Shown here: piece by piece, positions 37,631-37,631 of the stretch | How positions within the stretch are numbered: the stretch's first letter is position 1 | Layout: each line of letters starts with the position of its first letter | Origin: a bacterium | GTDB lineage: Bacteria; Hinthialibacterota; Hinthialibacteria; Hinthialibacterales; Hinthialibacteraceae | Direction: 5' to 3' | Length of the DNA: 37,631 bases | Assembly (NCBI GenBank): GCA_963663405.2 | Contig: CAXXSM010000083.1 | Location: forward strand, 1-37,631 | The notes under the pieces: generated by a model | Seen by the model: the letters and a program-made list of their open reading frames with translations, nothing else | Database searches by the model: none | Told to the model about the DNA's origin: nothing | Made by a program: the position numbers and the translations under genes

Positions 37631-37631
37631 C

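Larger units (their letters stand above)
35419..37631. mobile_element. Edge of an integrative element (prophage, satellite or integrated plasmid) at tRNA-Gly; continues beyond the window
   Basis: Directly after the tRNA come a 10-bp direct repeat, an excisionase-like HTH and an AEP primase, all genes co-oriented toward the tRNA. No integrase or second att copy is in the window. Confidence 0.7.

Overview
37.6-kb bacterial chromosomal window. The pilin-like 'FTLIELLIVVAIIGILAAIAVPNFLNAQ' proteins, Tat-exported sulfatase/oxidoreductases and large P/T-linker surface proteins suggest a candidate-phylum organism such as Hinthialibacterota/OLB16; this is an inference only. Left to right: a sulfatase broken by two +1 frameshifts; a minus-strand module of an uncharacterised ~347-aa protein plus a tandem P-loop ATPase / HerA-like ATPase (probably one ~1057-aa protein split by a third +1 frameshift), divergent from an orphan RloA/AbiEii-like ABC ATPase with an H-loop His->Arg change; a 1710-aa secreted esterase + lyase-like + DNRLRE-like protein; aldo/keto reductase; alpha/beta hydrolase; two tandem SGNH paralogues; Gfo/Idh/MocA oxidoreductase; sodium:solute symporter; RNase D; GH29 fucosidase; amtB-glnK behind a sigma54-type promoter; two tandem pilin-like paralogues; a CGGC protein; an 1843-aa beta-propeller surface protein; tRNA-Gly(CCC); and the edge of an integrative element (excisionase, AEP primase). 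The best candidates for undescribed biology are (i) the tandem-ATPase module with its coupled partner and the divergent ATPase, and (ii) a C-terminal T-aromatic-[IV]-x-x-W-x-x-[YM] motif shared by two unrelated giant secreted proteins, a possible lineage-specific sorting signal. No database searches were run; family calls rest on recognised motifs.
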